In this document: positions 63,071 to 64,000 of the stretch, piece after piece
Layout: each line of letters starts with the position of its first letter
Position numbering within the stretch: position 1 is the stretch's first letter
NCBI GenBank assembly: GCA_030390025.1
Contig: CM059432.1
Coordinates: forward strand, 57,600,001 to 57,664,000
Source of the DNA: Squalus acanthias
Taxonomy: Eukaryota
Length of the DNA: 64,000 bases
Direction of reading: 5' to 3'
Program-made: the position numbers and the translations under genes
Notes under the pieces: model-generated
Databases searched by the model: none
Told to the model about the DNA's origin: nothing
Seen by the model: only the letters and a program-made list of their open reading frames with translations

Positions 63071-64000
63071 AAAGAATCCCATGTTCATCTTTTTACAGCT
63101 GCTGCTTGTGCGAACCACATTCCCGAACATATCTCTCATTTTAAGGTTCTAATCATGCACAGCATTTCTGGCTTCTGATGGACCCCGTGAAAAGGTGTGA
63201 CTTCTCATCTTGGCATTTTACAGGAAAGATTATGTATATTATTTTTAACTCTGAATTGTGCACACACATTACAACATTATCTTCACAAAGAGAACAGCTT
63301 GGTCAGTTTATTGACATTACAACACCTCTTTCTGCACAATCGACTTGTCAATTTTAAGTCCGTTCGACCACTGCATGAACAACCAGCCACTGGTCTTATT
63401 TGGATGCAAAGCCATCACTTTACAGTTTGTTCCAATGAAATGAAATAATAGATGAAAGCAAAGTGGTGTAAATTCAGTAATTATATAATTGATAGGGCAA
63501 CAATGTGTTTATTTTTCATAGATTTCAAAGTGGAAGTTTCAGGAAAACAGATACTGTCATTTTCAATAAAATATTTGTTTCTTTGCACTCATCTTAACAT
63601 TTTTAAAATTGGAATATCATACACCTTCAGCTTCTTGTGACATGTCCTTTTAAAAATCAATGCAGAATAATAGTTTAGCCTGTTATTTCTTAAACAAGCC
63701 AACGTACCACCACAATTCATAAACATTGCAGACCTTCATACAGGGGAGGCCATGAACACTGCACATTGCTCTTTCATTTATTATAATATCTCTATAAAGC
63801 AAAAGTAGGCAGCAAACTTGCAATCAGTTAGGGGCAGTCATACAATATATCATTTACTGTTGTAAGAATCTACACTTCATGTAGTGATTGCATTTTACTA
63901 TTGTCTTGGGGTTTTGTTTATAATCTAATACATAAAGAAGTTCCTTTTGCCTCCTGTGATTCATGAAAACGTTATCTTTTCAATTCATGCTTCTCTGTGT

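Overview
Eukaryotic, almost certainly cartilaginous-fish (shark-like) intergenic or intronic DNA; the taxon is inferred from the repeat families. I found no convincing host-gene exon. The window is a dense nest of transposable elements. It holds many CR1 LINE pieces, including one uninterrupted 955-aa endonuclease+RT ORF2 with the end of an SGNH-esterase ORF1, and a near full-length but disabled RTE LINE. It also has L2 pieces, a second CR1/L2-group LINE with a SINE sharing its 3' tail, and Deu-core (SacSINE1-like) SINEs. Several Penelope-like element (PLE) pieces end in minimal hammerhead-ribozyme motifs. PIF/Harbinger DNA transposons are abundant: decayed transposase pieces, at least six intron-containing Myb/SANT gene relics, and several MITE families with 3-bp TSDs. 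The most notable structures are two PLE hammerhead families, a ~750-bp MITE with covarying hairpins and clustered splice donors, a ~35-unit poly-G minisatellite grown out of an L2 ORF, and a 330-bp fold-back built from a SINE tail plus its flank. All coordinates were read by eye and element edges are approximate unless a TSD is given.
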